DNA of 64,000 nucleotides from a bacterium (lineage in GTDB: Bacteria > Verrucomicrobiota > Verrucomicrobiia > Verrucomicrobiales > V1-33): positions 36,376 through 100,375 of the forward strand of contig JANOAS010000011.1 in NCBI GenBank assembly GCA_031411255.1, read 5' to 3'. This document shows, one piece after another, positions 27,306 to 37,169 of this stretch (within the stretch, counting starts at the first letter, position 1; each line of letters opens with the position of its first letter). The position numbers and the translations under genes were made by a program. Below the pieces are notes generated by a model. That model did not search any database, had not been told where the DNA came from, and saw nothing but the letters and a program-made list of their open reading frames with translations.

Positions 27306-29060
27306 CTACAGATGTGGCTTGGGCGGCATCGCCGGGGCGTCGGCGCTGCGGTAGCCTTTCACTTTCATTTTGCGTTTGAAGACCTTGTCCCCGGCGGTCA
27401 CGTAGAGTTCGTCGAAATTCGCGCCGCCGAAGTCCACGTTGCTTAAGTGTGAGGCCTGGGGTTTGGGCAGGATGGCGTTCACGCGACCGGGCTGGTCACA
27501 GATCTGCACGCCGAGGGCGGTGGCCACGTAGAGCCGGCCGTCCTTGTCCACGGCCATGCCGTCCGCACGGCTGGTGCCGGCGGCGGGCAGGTGGAGGTGG
27601 AAATACGGCTGGCGGTATTTCAGCGATCCGTCCGCCTGCACCTGGAAGCTGTAGACGAACTGTCCCGGCGTGTCCGCCACGTAGAGCAGCGTCTGGTCCG
27701 GGCTGAGGACGACGCCATTCGGCTTCTCGATGCCCACATCCACCACGCGCTTTTCTCCGCCCTTGGGGATGAACCAGACTGTCTTCGTGTTGAACTCGGT
27801 CACGTACACCCCGCCAGAGTTCGTCACGCACAGATCGTTTCCGGCGAAGCCGTCCGCGATGACCGCCGGCGCGCCCGCCTCGTCATAGGCCACGATGGTT
27901 TTCTTCTGGTTCGTCGCGTAGAGCCGCCCGTCCGGGCCAAACATGAGGCCGTCCGCCCCTCCCGTGTTCTCGGCAAAGACGGTCACCTTCCCGTCCAGCC
28001 CCACCTTGTGGATGCGCTGGTTCGGCCCGTCGGTGAAAAAGACTTCGCCCTTCGCATTCGCGCACGGGCCCTCGGTGTTTTTGTGGCCCTCGCTCACCAG
28101 CGTCCAGCCCTGCGCCGTGTCCACCCACTCCTGGAGCGGCTGTTTGGATTTCCCCTCAGGGTTCGCCTTCAGCGGCTGGCCGTAGTCCCGCCAGAGCCAG
28201 CGCAGCGCATCCGGCATCACGGAGCCGCCCTGCTTGCCATCGTGGCCGCCGTCACCCCAGGCGTGGCTCACATCATAGCCGGAGAAAATGAGCGCGCGTT
28301 CCATCTCCTGGTTCGCCATCCACCAGTCGCCGCCGTAGATGTTCAGGTCGTTCGATCCATCCTGGAGAAAGACCCGCAGCGGCTTCGGCTCGGTCTTGCG
28401 AATGAGCGTCGGGTACACATTTCCCCCGCGCAGCCCCACATAGGTGCCGATGGTCGAAAAGACGCGCCGGAAGGCATCCGGCCGCTCCCACGCTGCCGTG
28501 AAGGCGGCTATCGCCCCCGAACTCGATCCCGCGATCCCGCGGTCGTCCGGGTTGTCGCTGATGTTCCACTTTTTCTTCACCGCCGGCAGCACCTCCTCCA
28601 GGAGGAACTTCGCATACCGGTCGCCCAGCCCGTCGTACTCAAAGCTCCGGTTGAATCTCGGCTGCGCGTCCTTGTTCGGTGCGGCGAGGATGCCCGGATT
28701 GACGAAGATGCCGATGGTGACCGGCATCTCTTTTTTCGCGATCAGGTTGTCAAAAACCACCGGCACCCGCCAGCCGCCCTTGCGGTTCACGTAGCCGCCG
28801 CCGTCCTGGAAAATCATCACGCAGGCTGGCTTTGCCGCGTCGTACTGCGCCGGGATGTAGACCGAGCAGTCGTGCGTCGAGCCGGGAAAAATCGTGCTCA
28901 CCCCCAGGTCCAGCTTTTCCTCCTTCCCCTCCGGCACCCCGGCCTGCGGCTGGGAGTCCGGTCCGAGGGTGTAGTCATTGGCGGCAGTGAGGGCAGGCGC
29001 GGTCGCCAGCGCCGCAAGGGCGAATCCGGCGCGGAGGAGTGAGGCAGGGGTGCGGTTCAT
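27306..29060 (-). CDS. secreted esterase (PF00756-like) fused to an SMP-30/gluconolactonase/LRE-like beta-propeller
   Basis: Signal peptide. N-terminal esterase-D-like segment (GSSSGAIAAF nucleophile elbow) and C-terminal SGL-type repeats. Confidence 0.7.
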   Translation of the reverse strand: MNRTPASLLRAGFALAALATAPALTAANDYTLGPDSQPQAGVPEGKEEKLDLGVSTIFPGSTHDCSVYIPAQYDAAKPACVMIFQDGGGYVNRKGGWRVPVVFDNLIAKKEMPVTIGIFVNPGILAAPNKDAQPRFNRSFEYDGLGDRYAKFLLEEVLPAVKKKWNISDNPDDRGIAGSSSGAIAAFTAAWERPDAFRRVFSTIGTYVGLRGGNVYPTLIRKTEPKPLRVFLQDGSNDLNIYGGDWWMANQEMERALIFSGYDVSHAWGDGGHDGKQGGSVMPDALRWLWRDYGQPLKANPEGKSKQPLQEWVDTAQGWTLVSEGHKNTEGPCANAKGEVFFTDGPNQRIHKVGLDGKVTVFAENTGGADGLMFGPDGRLYATNQKKTIVAYDEAGAPAVIADGFAGNDLCVTNSGGVYVTEFNTKTVWFIPKGGEKRVVDVGIEKPNGVVLSPDQTLLYVADTPGQFVYSFQVQADGSLKYRQPYFHLHLPAAGTSRADGMAVDKDGRLYVATALGVQICDQPGRVNAILPKPQASHLSNVDFGGANFDELYVTAGDKVFKRKMKVKGYRSADAPAMPPKPHL

Positions 29061-29184
29061 GAGATGGGGTCAACAGGTTGAAGTGAGCCCCACCCTGGCC
29101 CCAGGCCCGCCCCGGAAAAAGAGAAATTCACGCCTGATGCCGCGTCGGGGAATGGATGAAGGGCGGGATTCTCCGCTGCTCCGT

Positions 29185-29391
29185 TTACAATTCGTCCAGG
29201 GAAACAGGGATCAATTTCATCAGGTTCCGTTGCAAGCCAAGCTTGAGCGTCTGGTTTCCGTGAATGGGAATAACCAGCCTTTCGATTCTGCCGGGCATCG
29301 TATAAATGTGGTGGCTGCCATTGACCCGGGAAAGCTTCCAGCCCTTGTCAGCGGCCAGTTTGGCCAGCCTCTTGCCTGAAACAGCCTTCAT
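29185..29391 (-). CDS. hicA: HicA family mRNA interferase toxin
   Basis: 68 aa. KRLAKLAADKGWKLSRVNGSHHIYT matches the HicA/YcfA signature. 4-nt overlap with upstream hicB. Confidence 0.85.
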   Translation of the reverse strand: MKAVSGKRLAKLAADKGWKLSRVNGSHHIYTMPGRIERLVIPIHGNQTLKLGLQRNLMKLIPVSLDEL

Positions 29392-29588
29392 ACGGCCACT
29401 TCCAGCAACACCCCGCCTGAAATGCCGTCGTCCGGCTCAGCAGCCAGCAGCCAGCCTTCTATGGCCTCGTGAAGGTTCAGTTTCAATTCCTCCATGGTTT
29501 CACCTTGGGTGACGCAGCCCGGGAGTGCCGGCACCTCCGCCCAGAATCCGCCCTCTTCAGCCGCGTGGACGATTGCTTTGAGTGTCAT
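29388..29588 (-). CDS. hicB: HicB family antitoxin
   Basis: 66 aa from ATG 29588. UPF0150/HicB N-domain signature (KAIVHAAEEGGFWAEVPALPGCVTQGETMEE). Confidence 0.8.
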   Translation of the reverse strand: MTLKAIVHAAEEGGFWAEVPALPGCVTQGETMEELKLNLHEAIEGWLLAAEPDDGISGGVLLEVAV

Positions 29589-29613
29589 GTCGCGACAATA
29601 GCCGAAACCGAAA

Positions 29614-30045
29614 ATGGCGCAATTTTTCTTTGGCATCCGGAATGTTTCAGCCCCTCACAACTGGGACGCTCTCGCCTCCAGCACCGGATTGCTCGACGGC
29701 GAAGTTGACCCTCTCAATTGGTGGTATTTCAGCCTTTCCCGCCAGCTCGTGCAGCCCAACCTCGCACGGTACACCATCGACAACCAAACCCGCCTCGACC
29801 AGACCCGGCTGGCCCTCGCGCTGGAATCCCAAAAACGTGCCACCGGGGATTACCCTGATCGTCTGGATGCCCTGGCGCCTGCATTCCCTGGTGGCAGTCC
29901 GCACGATGTGGCGACCGGGCAGCCGTATTTCTACGAGAAAACTCCTGACGGCTCCTTCCGACTCTGGGGCACCGGCATGGACCGCTGGAACCATGATGGC
30001 AATGCGAAGCTGGATCTCGTTTGGAGGCCTGCGGAGCTGCGCTGA
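29614..30045 (+). CDS. hypothetical protein (possible remnant)
   Basis: 143-aa ORF in a lower-GC stretch next to hicAB. No recognisable domain. Confidence 0.3.
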   Translation: MAQFFFGIRNVSAPHNWDALASSTGLLDGEVDPLNWWYFSLSRQLVQPNLARYTIDNQTRLDQTRLALALESQKRATGDYPDRLDALAPAFPGGSPHDVATGQPYFYEKTPDGSFRLWGTGMDRWNHDGNAKLDLVWRPAELR

Positions 30046-30085
30046 GAGGATGCGACCAGATACCAAGCTCCGCCAATTCGCGTGC

Positions 30086-30517
30086 TCACGCCTCAAACGG
30101 TTCATCCGTCACGAGCCGTTTTGCCAGGCTCGTGACCGGATCCACGGAAAAGCCGAGGCGCTGGTAAAAAGCGATGACTTGAGTGTTGGTGGAGCGGACC
30201 TGGAGGTTGATCTTGGGACAGCCGAGGGCGCGCAGCAGGGATTCGGCGTGATCCATGATCTGCCGGCCAAAGCCCGTTTTCTGGTGTTCGGGCGCGACGG
30301 CAAGGTAGTTGATCCACCCGCGATGCCCCTCGTAGCCCGCTATGACGCTGGCGATGATTTCCGAACCCGCCACGCCGACGAGGAACAGGTCAGGCGAGTC
30401 TGCAAGTTTCCGCGCGATGTCGGCCTGCGGGTTGTTCTGGAGTGCGATCAGCCCGCACCGGCTCCAGAGGCTGATGACGGCAGTTTCATCGGCTGGAGCG
30501 TAAGGACGGATGTTCAC
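30086..30517 (-). CDS. GNAT family N-acetyltransferase
   Basis: 143 aa with a GNAT core motif (QKTGFGRQIMDHAE...AFYQRLGF). Confidence 0.8.
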   Translation of the reverse strand: MNIRPYAPADETAVISLWSRCGLIALQNNPQADIARKLADSPDLFLVGVAGSEIIASVIAGYEGHRGWINYLAVAPEHQKTGFGRQIMDHAESLLRALGCPKINLQVRSTNTQVIAFYQRLGFSVDPVTSLAKRLVTDEPFEA

Positions 30518-30534
30518 TGAAGCGCGAGCTGGTG

Positions 30535-30957
30535 TCAGATTTCCCCAAGAATGCGCCGCCGCTGCTCGGCGTACTCGGCGTCGTCAATGAGCCCCTTCTG
30601 CCGGAGGCCCTCGAGTTTTTGCAACCGGGTCTCGGTTGATTCCCCGCCCGCATCCGGCCGCGTTTGCGAACCAAAGCGGAGGTTCAGCGGATCCGGCTCT
30701 TCGTCTGGTCCGGTGATGTCGACGATGGAGTTCCGATTTTGGCTTGCGGCGTTGCGCAGATTGTAGACCAGCCCCGCGATGGCCATGATGACGAACAGCA
30801 CACCAAACATGGGAAAGAACAGGCCCACGCCGGGGAACGGCGAGTGGCTGGTAAAGTTCGTCGCCATCACCGTCCACCCAATGCCAATCAAGATGGCAGC
30901 GACGCTGCCCACCACCCCCATGGCTGATGGGCCTCTCCCTGGTTTGATGCTGTGCAT
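30535..30957 (-). CDS. membrane protein with C-terminal SHOCT domain
   Basis: Two TM helices plus a C-terminal RLQKLEGLRQKGLIDDAEYAEQRRRIL (SHOCT). Confidence 0.65.
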   Translation of the reverse strand: MHSIKPGRGPSAMGVVGSVAAILIGIGWTVMATNFTSHSPFPGVGLFFPMFGVLFVIMAIAGLVYNLRNAASQNRNSIVDITGPDEEPDPLNLRFGSQTRPDAGGESTETRLQKLEGLRQKGLIDDAEYAEQRRRILGEI

Positions 30958-31049
30958 GTGGGGATGTTCGCCGGGCAGGCTTTCTTTTCAATGCTGAATC
31001 CAACCGGCCCCAGCAGAGCACCTCTCCGCCGGGGCGCAGACTGGCAGGA

Positions 31050-32951
31050 TCACGCGTCGGGTGTTGTTTTCTTTCCGCCCAGCTCCTCCATGAGGCGCAG
31101 GCCGAGCAGGCCGGAGAGGGCGCCGCCGCCGTCGCCTGATCCCCCGGTGATCAGGATGTCAGGGATGATCTTGACCTTGTCGCGGCCGATGGTTTCCGCG
31201 ATCTTGGTGCGGGTGAAGTTGTCTCCGCCCATGGCTCTGACCTGGAGTTCGTAGGCTTCGGCGTTGGATTTCCCGATGGCGAGGATCTTGCCGGCCTCGG
31301 CGTCACCGGTCATGGTGATGCGCTCGGCCTCGGCGGCGGCGACGAGGCGGGTGCGCTCGGCTTCCGCAGCGGCGTTCAGACGCACGCCGGCGGCGTCACC
31401 CTCGGCTTTTTTCACGGCGGCATTGGCCACGCGCTCGGCGATGCCCACGCCCTGGTCCGCGGCCACCAGCTCCTGCTGCATGTTGGCCAGCGCGGTTTCC
31501 TTTTCCAGCTTCTGCCTGGTCTCCTGGGCCATGCGCTGGGTCTCGTAGGTCACTTTTTGCTCCTCGGCGATCTTCCGGTCCGTGAGTGTTTTCATCAGGC
31601 TGTCGGGCGGGGCGATGTCGCCGATCAGGGTGTCCACACCGTGCACGTTGTACTGCTCCAGCACTTCATTGATGTGTGTGCGGGCGCTGGCCTGGCGCTC
31701 TTTCCGGGTGCTGAGGAAGGCGATGACGTCGCTGTCCTGGGCGCTGTTGCGGAAATAGTTGCCGATGGTGGGTTCGAGCACCTGGGAGACGAGGTTGTTC
31801 ATGTTGCCGAACCGCGCAATGACCTTGCTGGCCTCGGTCATGGGGATGTGGATGATCTGGGCCACGTCGAGGTTGAACGGGAAGCCGTCCTTTGACCGGA
31901 CAGTGATGGTGGAAAGGTGCTTGTCGAGGGCATGGGCCTCGCTGCGGGCGTTGGCCCAGTTGAGCACGAGGTTCGTGGTGGGCACGTGCTCGACGTTCAG
32001 GATGTAAGTATTGAGCGGGTATTTTCCCGGGCCGAGCGGCTCGGACCAGACGCCCTTGCACCCCTTGCGCACGATGTTGCCGTGCTTGAACTCATGGCCG
32101 CTCACGTCCTCGCCCTCCTCACCGTAGTAGCTGATGACCACTCCGACGCTGCCGATCTGAATTTCCGTCATCGGGATTTCCTCCACGCGCACAAACCACA
32201 CGTTCAAGAAATAGGAACCCGCCAGCACGACCTGCGGCTGGAGACCGCGGTTGCCCCCCAGTTCAAGGAATGCGTCCGCGTCCTGGAAGTTGCGGTGCCC
32301 CTCGATGACCTGGCCCGCGATGGCTCCCTCGGGCAGCGGCTGGCCGTCGAGCGTGGTGATGATGCCCACCATGTTCTCCCGGATCTGGGTCATCTTGGTG
32401 AGGGAAACATCGAAGAGCAGCGTGTTGATGCGGTAGGTACCGGGCGTGAGGAAGGACGCCTGGCGGCCTTTTTGCCCGCGGTTGCGGAGAAAGGCCTCCG
32501 CGTTTTGAAACATGTCGCAGTCCACCTTGCGCCCGATCACGGCGCCGGCGCGGAGTTCGATGCCGTCCTTGGCCATGACGAGGCCGATCATGCCTTCCGG
32601 TACGACGACGAAGGGCTGGAGGCGGATCTCAAACTGCCAGATCCAGCGGCCAAAGTAGATGCCCGGCGCCAGCGTTTGCGCCTGGTAGCCGGCCTCGCCC
32701 TCGGTGGAGATGATGCGGCCGTTGGGCATTTCCTTTTTCGCCCCGACGAGGACGAATTTTTTGGTGACGAGGCCGATTTTGTCCTCCGGCACGACGACCA
32801 CGCCGAGGATCTGGAACAGCCACCGGTGAAACACGATGACCAGAAGCAGTCCGACAAGGCCGCCCGCCCAGAGGAGCGTGCTCTTACCGACGAGATTGAG
32901 AAACGGATTGGCCGTGTCTCCCGACAACGCAAGAATCAGGTTTGCAGTCAT
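31050..32951 (-). CDS. SPFH/Band-7 flotillin-like protein (YqiK family)
   Basis: N-terminal TM, an SPFH domain and a long Ala/Glu-rich coiled-coil flotillin tail. Start chosen at ATG 32951 preceding the TM helix. Confidence 0.85.
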   Translation of the reverse strand: MTANLILALSGDTANPFLNLVGKSTLLWAGGLVGLLLVIVFHRWLFQILGVVVVPEDKIGLVTKKFVLVGAKKEMPNGRIISTEGEAGYQAQTLAPGIYFGRWIWQFEIRLQPFVVVPEGMIGLVMAKDGIELRAGAVIGRKVDCDMFQNAEAFLRNRGQKGRQASFLTPGTYRINTLLFDVSLTKMTQIRENMVGIITTLDGQPLPEGAIAGQVIEGHRNFQDADAFLELGGNRGLQPQVVLAGSYFLNVWFVRVEEIPMTEIQIGSVGVVISYYGEEGEDVSGHEFKHGNIVRKGCKGVWSEPLGPGKYPLNTYILNVEHVPTTNLVLNWANARSEAHALDKHLSTITVRSKDGFPFNLDVAQIIHIPMTEASKVIARFGNMNNLVSQVLEPTIGNYFRNSAQDSDVIAFLSTRKERQASARTHINEVLEQYNVHGVDTLIGDIAPPDSLMKTLTDRKIAEEQKVTYETQRMAQETRQKLEKETALANMQQELVAADQGVGIAERVANAAVKKAEGDAAGVRLNAAAEAERTRLVAAAEAERITMTGDAEAGKILAIGKSNAEAYELQVRAMGGDNFTRTKIAETIGRDKVKIIPDILITGGSGDGGGALSGLLGLRLMEELGGKKTTPDA

Positions 32952-33169
32952 GCACGCGAATGTGGCACGGGCCTGGCGGGCGGGGCAATTATTCTCGCGG
33001 CGAAAAAGTGGAGTCATCAAGCGTGCCGCAGCGGGGAAAATACGACCAGTTCATTTGCCCAGGCAGGGTTGCGCGGGGCCGGGGGGTGGCTAAGGTGAGG
33101 TTTGTGACGTGTCCTTCGTTGATTGTGACCACCAGCTTTGATCCGCCCCATGCCGGCGCTCAGAAGCAG

Positions 33170-33829
33170 ATGGCCAAAATATTAGTTTCCAGTTTTCTGA
33201 GAACGTTTTTTGGCGGCCAGGTGCTCGTTTTTCGGAACGGGACGCCGCTGTTTTTGGTTCCCCGCGTCGCTGTAACGGAGCTGGAGGTTGACGAGTCCGC
33301 CCTGCCCACCACGGATGGCGACTGGCTGGGGCCTGCGCTTTTTGTCCTCGCGGGGGCAATTCCGGCGGCTGAGCATGACAAGGTTTTGCTGCTCCCCCCG
33401 GGCGCGATGGCGGTGAGGAATGTGGACCACCTCCTGGAGGGAGACTGGGACCTCGGCTTCGCCAAAGTTGGCGGGTCACACGGCACCGACCAGCCCCTGG
33501 GCGGGGTCTACGCCATCCGGGGCTCGTGTTTTTCCGCTGTCATGGCGCGCTGGTCCGAGCTGCACTGGGCGGCAGCACCGGGACTGCGACTTGAGGAGGC
33601 ATGGTTCTCCCTGCTGCGCAGCGGAGAATTCAAGACCCGGGCCTTCGAGCGGGGCGAGGTGATGCACCCGGTGACGGCGACTCCAAATTTTCTGGACTAT
33701 CGCGAAGCCGCGCTGCTCAGCGTGAATGCCGGAAGTGACACAGCGCGGGCGGAACTGATGTTCGGCCTCTTCATGCGCACGTTTTTCTGGGAGCCGACCG
33801 GCAGCTTCTTTCACGCCTTGGAAATCTGA
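33170..33829 (+). CDS. hypothetical protein
   Basis: ATG-initiated 219-aa segment of ORF 32942-33829, upstream of the GT25 gene. Possibly LPS-biosynthesis related by context. Alternative GTG starts at 33086 and 33095. Confidence 0.4.
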   Translation: MAKILVSSFLRTFFGGQVLVFRNGTPLFLVPRVAVTELEVDESALPTTDGDWLGPALFVLAGAIPAAEHDKVLLLPPGAMAVRNVDHLLEGDWDLGFAKVGGSHGTDQPLGGVYAIRGSCFSAVMARWSELHWAAAPGLRLEEAWFSLLRSGEFKTRAFERGEVMHPVTATPNFLDYREAALLSVNAGSDTARAELMFGLFMRTFFWEPTGSFFHALEI

Positions 33830-33839
33830 CATCCCTTTC

Positions 33840-35333
33840 ATGGACTTCGCCAAGACATTTCCAATGTGCGTCTGCATCAATCTGGCCCGCCGGCAGGACC
33901 GGAGGTTCGAGGCGTGGGCTGGTTTCGAGGACGCCGGACTGGCAGTGGAGAGGTTCGGCGCGGTGGACCAGCGCTGGGTGCGCGATGCGCGCGGGTATGA
34001 GTCCGCCGGGCGGTATGCGCTGGCTCTCACAGACAGGCTTATCCTGCGCGAGGCGGAGCGCCGCCGGGCTCCCGCCGTGATGTTGCTGGAGGATGACGTC
34101 GTTCTGCACCGGGATCTGGCCGCCCGGCTGGCCGGACTGGAAATGCCGGATGACTGGGGTCTCTTTTACCTCGGCTGCCAGCATGTGCGACGGCCGGTGC
34201 CGTGCGGGTCGGGGCTGGTGCGGGTGACGGGGGCGCTGGACACGCAGGCCTTCGCCGTCAGTGCGCGCTGGTACAGGCGGGTGCGGGAGGCGCTGCGCGG
34301 CACGCCGCGCGGTGCGCCCGGCTCCACGGAGGCTTCAGACCAGATCCTGCTGCGCCTGCAGAGCGAGATCCCGACCTACGCCGCCTGGCCAAACCTCGCG
34401 TGGCAGGCAGTTTCGCCCTCGGACCTGCTGGGCGTGGACTACAGCAACTACCACCCCACCGGAGACCAGCGTGCGAACTGGCATGTCCTGGAAGGATTTC
34501 CCGCCGAAATGCTCGGCGCCCAGTCCTGGCACCACACCAGCCGGCGGACCCGGCCCACTGCGCCTGTGCCCTCGGCGCCACCGGGCCGGGTGGCGCTGCT
34601 CTTCGCAGGCGCGGGGGACCTCCAGCACGGGGACATCTGGCGGGAATTCCTCGCCGCTGCCCCGGGGCGCAGCCTGGTTCTCTCCGCCCACTCGCATGGG
34701 ACGCACGTGCAGGACCCGTTGCTGCGGGAGAGTCTTGTCCCGGGCCTGGCCCCGTTCCGGCCCGGCCACATCTCGACCGTGCGCGCCAGACTGGCACTGC
34801 TGCGCCGCGCGCTGGAAGACAAGGACACCGCCCTCTTCGCCCTGCTCACACCTGACACGGTGCCGGTGAAACCCTTCCGCCATCTGCTCCGCCTCATGCA
34901 GAGTGGTGTGGGGCTCTTTGAAAGCGAGCCTGCGGATGAAGTGGCCGCGCGCGCCCCCGAACGCGGCGACCGTTTTCCCCGCCATCCTCGCATTTCCCTG
35001 AAATACGGACGCTTTCACAGCGATGTGCTGCTCATCAACCGCACGACGGCGGAGGCGCTGGTCGAGGACGACCTCACCTCGCTCTTTGAAAACGCCCGCC
35101 ACCCGGAGGAAATTTACGAAGGCTCCCTGCTCAGCCTGAAAGGATTTCCGCTCGAACTCCACGCCGCCTCGCTGCCGGCGGTCTTCGAGCAGCAGGGTGC
35201 CGCAGGGCAGGTGCTCCCGGTCGCTGCGCTCACTCCGCCCGTGCTGGCCTCCCTGACTCACGGCCCGGCTCCTTTTGCCCGCAGTGTCAGATCCGCAGCA
35301 CGGCTGGCCGACTGGCGGCTGCATGTGGATTGA
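33840..35333 (+). CDS. glycosyltransferase family 25 (LPS biosynthesis) domain protein with a C-terminal uncharacterised domain
   Basis: N-terminus MCVCINLARRQDRR...LLEDDVVLHRD...FYLGCQH matches the GT25 fold. C-terminal about 250 aa is unassigned. Confidence 0.7.
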   Translation: MDFAKTFPMCVCINLARRQDRRFEAWAGFEDAGLAVERFGAVDQRWVRDARGYESAGRYALALTDRLILREAERRRAPAVMLLEDDVVLHRDLAARLAGLEMPDDWGLFYLGCQHVRRPVPCGSGLVRVTGALDTQAFAVSARWYRRVREALRGTPRGAPGSTEASDQILLRLQSEIPTYAAWPNLAWQAVSPSDLLGVDYSNYHPTGDQRANWHVLEGFPAEMLGAQSWHHTSRRTRPTAPVPSAPPGRVALLFAGAGDLQHGDIWREFLAAAPGRSLVLSAHSHGTHVQDPLLRESLVPGLAPFRPGHISTVRARLALLRRALEDKDTALFALLTPDTVPVKPFRHLLRLMQSGVGLFESEPADEVAARAPERGDRFPRHPRISLKYGRFHSDVLLINRTTAEALVEDDLTSLFENARHPEEIYEGSLLSLKGFPLELHAASLPAVFEQQGAAGQVLPVAALTPPVLASLTHGPAPFARSVRSAARLADWRLHVD

Positions 35334-35402
35334 GTGCTTGGCCGAACTTTGCCATTTTCCCTTTGGCACTCCGGGCACCCGGCCTAAGCTCCGGCACCGG
35401 CC

Positions 35403-35936
35403 ATGCTCCCGACCAACCACAACATAGTCCTCATCGGTTTCATGGGCTGCGGCAAGACGACCGTGGGCCAGCTGGTCGCCGTAAAGACGGGACTGCCCTT
35501 TGCCGACACAGACGCCCTCGTCGTCGAGGCCGCCGGGTGCTCGGTTCCGGAAATCTTCCAGCGGGAGGGCGAGCCCGGTTTCCGCCGCCGGGAGACGGCT
35601 GTGCTGCGGGAGCTGGCCAGTGGCGGCCCGCGCGTCATCTCCACCGGCGGCGGCATCGTCACCCAGCCTGAAAATGAAGCACTCCTGCGCGGTCTGGGCT
35701 TTGTTGTCTGGCTCAATGCAGCGGAGGCCACCATTTTCGAGCGCGTCGCCCGCAACCGGAACCGGCCGCTCCTCCAGACGCCCAATCCCCGCCAGACCGT
35801 GCACGACCTCCTCGAGCTGCGCCGTCCGCTTTACGCCCAGTTCGCCCACGAGACCATCGACACCAGCGGCCTCGTTCCGGACGAAATCGCCTACGGCATC
35901 GGCGAGAGTGCCCGTCACTTTTTCGGCAACGCATGA
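35403..35936 (+). CDS. aroK: shikimate kinase
   Basis: P-loop GFMGCGKTTVG and an AroK-like length of 177 aa. Confidence 0.9.
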   Translation: MLPTNHNIVLIGFMGCGKTTVGQLVAVKTGLPFADTDALVVEAAGCSVPEIFQREGEPGFRRRETAVLRELASGGPRVISTGGGIVTQPENEALLRGLGFVVWLNAAEATIFERVARNRNRPLLQTPNPRQTVHDLLELRRPLYAQFAHETIDTSGLVPDEIAYGIGESARHFFGNA

Positions 35937-36970
35937 GCCCGGAGCCCTCCATGCTCGGCGACAACGTCAAATTCATCGCCCGCTCGCTCGGATTTGACGA
36001 CTGCCGCATCGCCCCCGTCCACCGGGCCACCCATGCCGCCGCCTACGAGCAGTGGATCGCCGAGGGGAAACACGGAGACATGGCCTGGCTGGCGCGCAAT
36101 GTGGAACGCCGCACGGACCCCGCCCTCGTCCTTCCCGGCGCGCAGGCCGTCATTGTCGTCGCGCTCAATTATTTCCAGAGTGGTGCGGAGTCCGGCATCG
36201 CCCGCTACGCGTGGGGGGATGACTACCACGACCTCATGGAGGAAAAATTGAGCGACCTGGACGAGAGCCTCTCCGCCCTTGGCGGCACCCAGCGCGTTTA
36301 TGTCGACACCGGTCCCGTGCTGGAGAGGGACTTCGCCACCGATGCCGGCCTCGGCTGGAGTGGTAAGAGCACCATTCAGATCCACCCGAATCTGGGCAAT
36401 TATTTTTTCCTCGGCGAGGTCCTCACCACCCTGGCCCTCCCGCCGGATCCCCCGCTGCGCGACCACTGCGGGAAATGCGTCCGCTGCATGGAAGCCTGCC
36501 CCACCCAGGCCATCACCAGTCCGCACCACCTCGATGCCCGCCGCTGCCTGAGCTACCTCACCATCGAGCAAAAGGGGCCCATCCCCCTCGAGTTCCGCCG
36601 CGCCCTCGGGCACCGCATCTACGGCTGCGATGACTGCCTGGCCGCCTGCCCGTGGAACCGCTTCGCCCGCGAAAGCCAGGAGGCCGCCTTCGCCGCGCGC
36701 CCGTTCGTCCACGCCCCGCTTCGGGATTTTCTCGACCTCACCGACGAAAGTTTCCGCGAGGCATTTCACCACTCCCCGATCAAACGGATCAAGCGTCCCG
36801 CCTTCCTCCGCAACGTCTGCGTCGCCCTCGGCAACACCGGCACCCCAGAAGACCTGCCGGCCCTCGTCAGGGCCTCCGACGACCCCAATCCCCTCATTGC
36901 CGAACACGCCGTCTGGGCCATTTCGGAAATCCACCGACGCCATCCCGCCCCCAGCCCGCAGCAGGGTTGA
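35933..36970 (+). CDS. queG: epoxyqueuosine reductase
   Basis: CxxCxxCxxxCP 4Fe-4S motifs (CGKCVRCMEACP, CDDCLAACPW) with QueG family length and conservation. 4-nt overlap with aroK. Confidence 0.9.
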   Translation: MSPEPSMLGDNVKFIARSLGFDDCRIAPVHRATHAAAYEQWIAEGKHGDMAWLARNVERRTDPALVLPGAQAVIVVALNYFQSGAESGIARYAWGDDYHDLMEEKLSDLDESLSALGGTQRVYVDTGPVLERDFATDAGLGWSGKSTIQIHPNLGNYFFLGEVLTTLALPPDPPLRDHCGKCVRCMEACPTQAITSPHHLDARRCLSYLTIEQKGPIPLEFRRALGHRIYGCDDCLAACPWNRFARESQEAAFAARPFVHAPLRDFLDLTDESFREAFHHSPIKRIKRPAFLRNVCVALGNTGTPEDLPALVRASDDPNPLIAEHAVWAISEIHRRHPAPSPQQG

Positions 36971-37169
36971 CTCCTGCCCCGCCCGCCCTGTGAAAAAAAG
37001 TGTCGTTCAGGTCATCTTTTCATTGTTCAGTTTGTCAGGATGTCTTAGGAATGCGCCACAGTAGTGAGAGGCGGCCATTTTTCCCGGGGATGCGCGTAAG
37101 AATCCCGCAAAGGCGGCCGGTCTCTCGTCCTGAAGCGTCCCGCACAGCCGCCAACAGCACACTTCACCA

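Noticed and set aside
35352-35371. tggcactccgggca, a sigma-54-promoter-like motif upstream of aroK
   Set aside because: Spacing between the GG and GC elements is 8 nt where the canonical spacing is 10, and the -12 element is poor. Likely chance occurrence in GC-rich DNA.
35915-36943. 342-aa minus-strand ORF opposite queG
   Set aside because: Antisense to queG. Gly/Ala-rich artefact.
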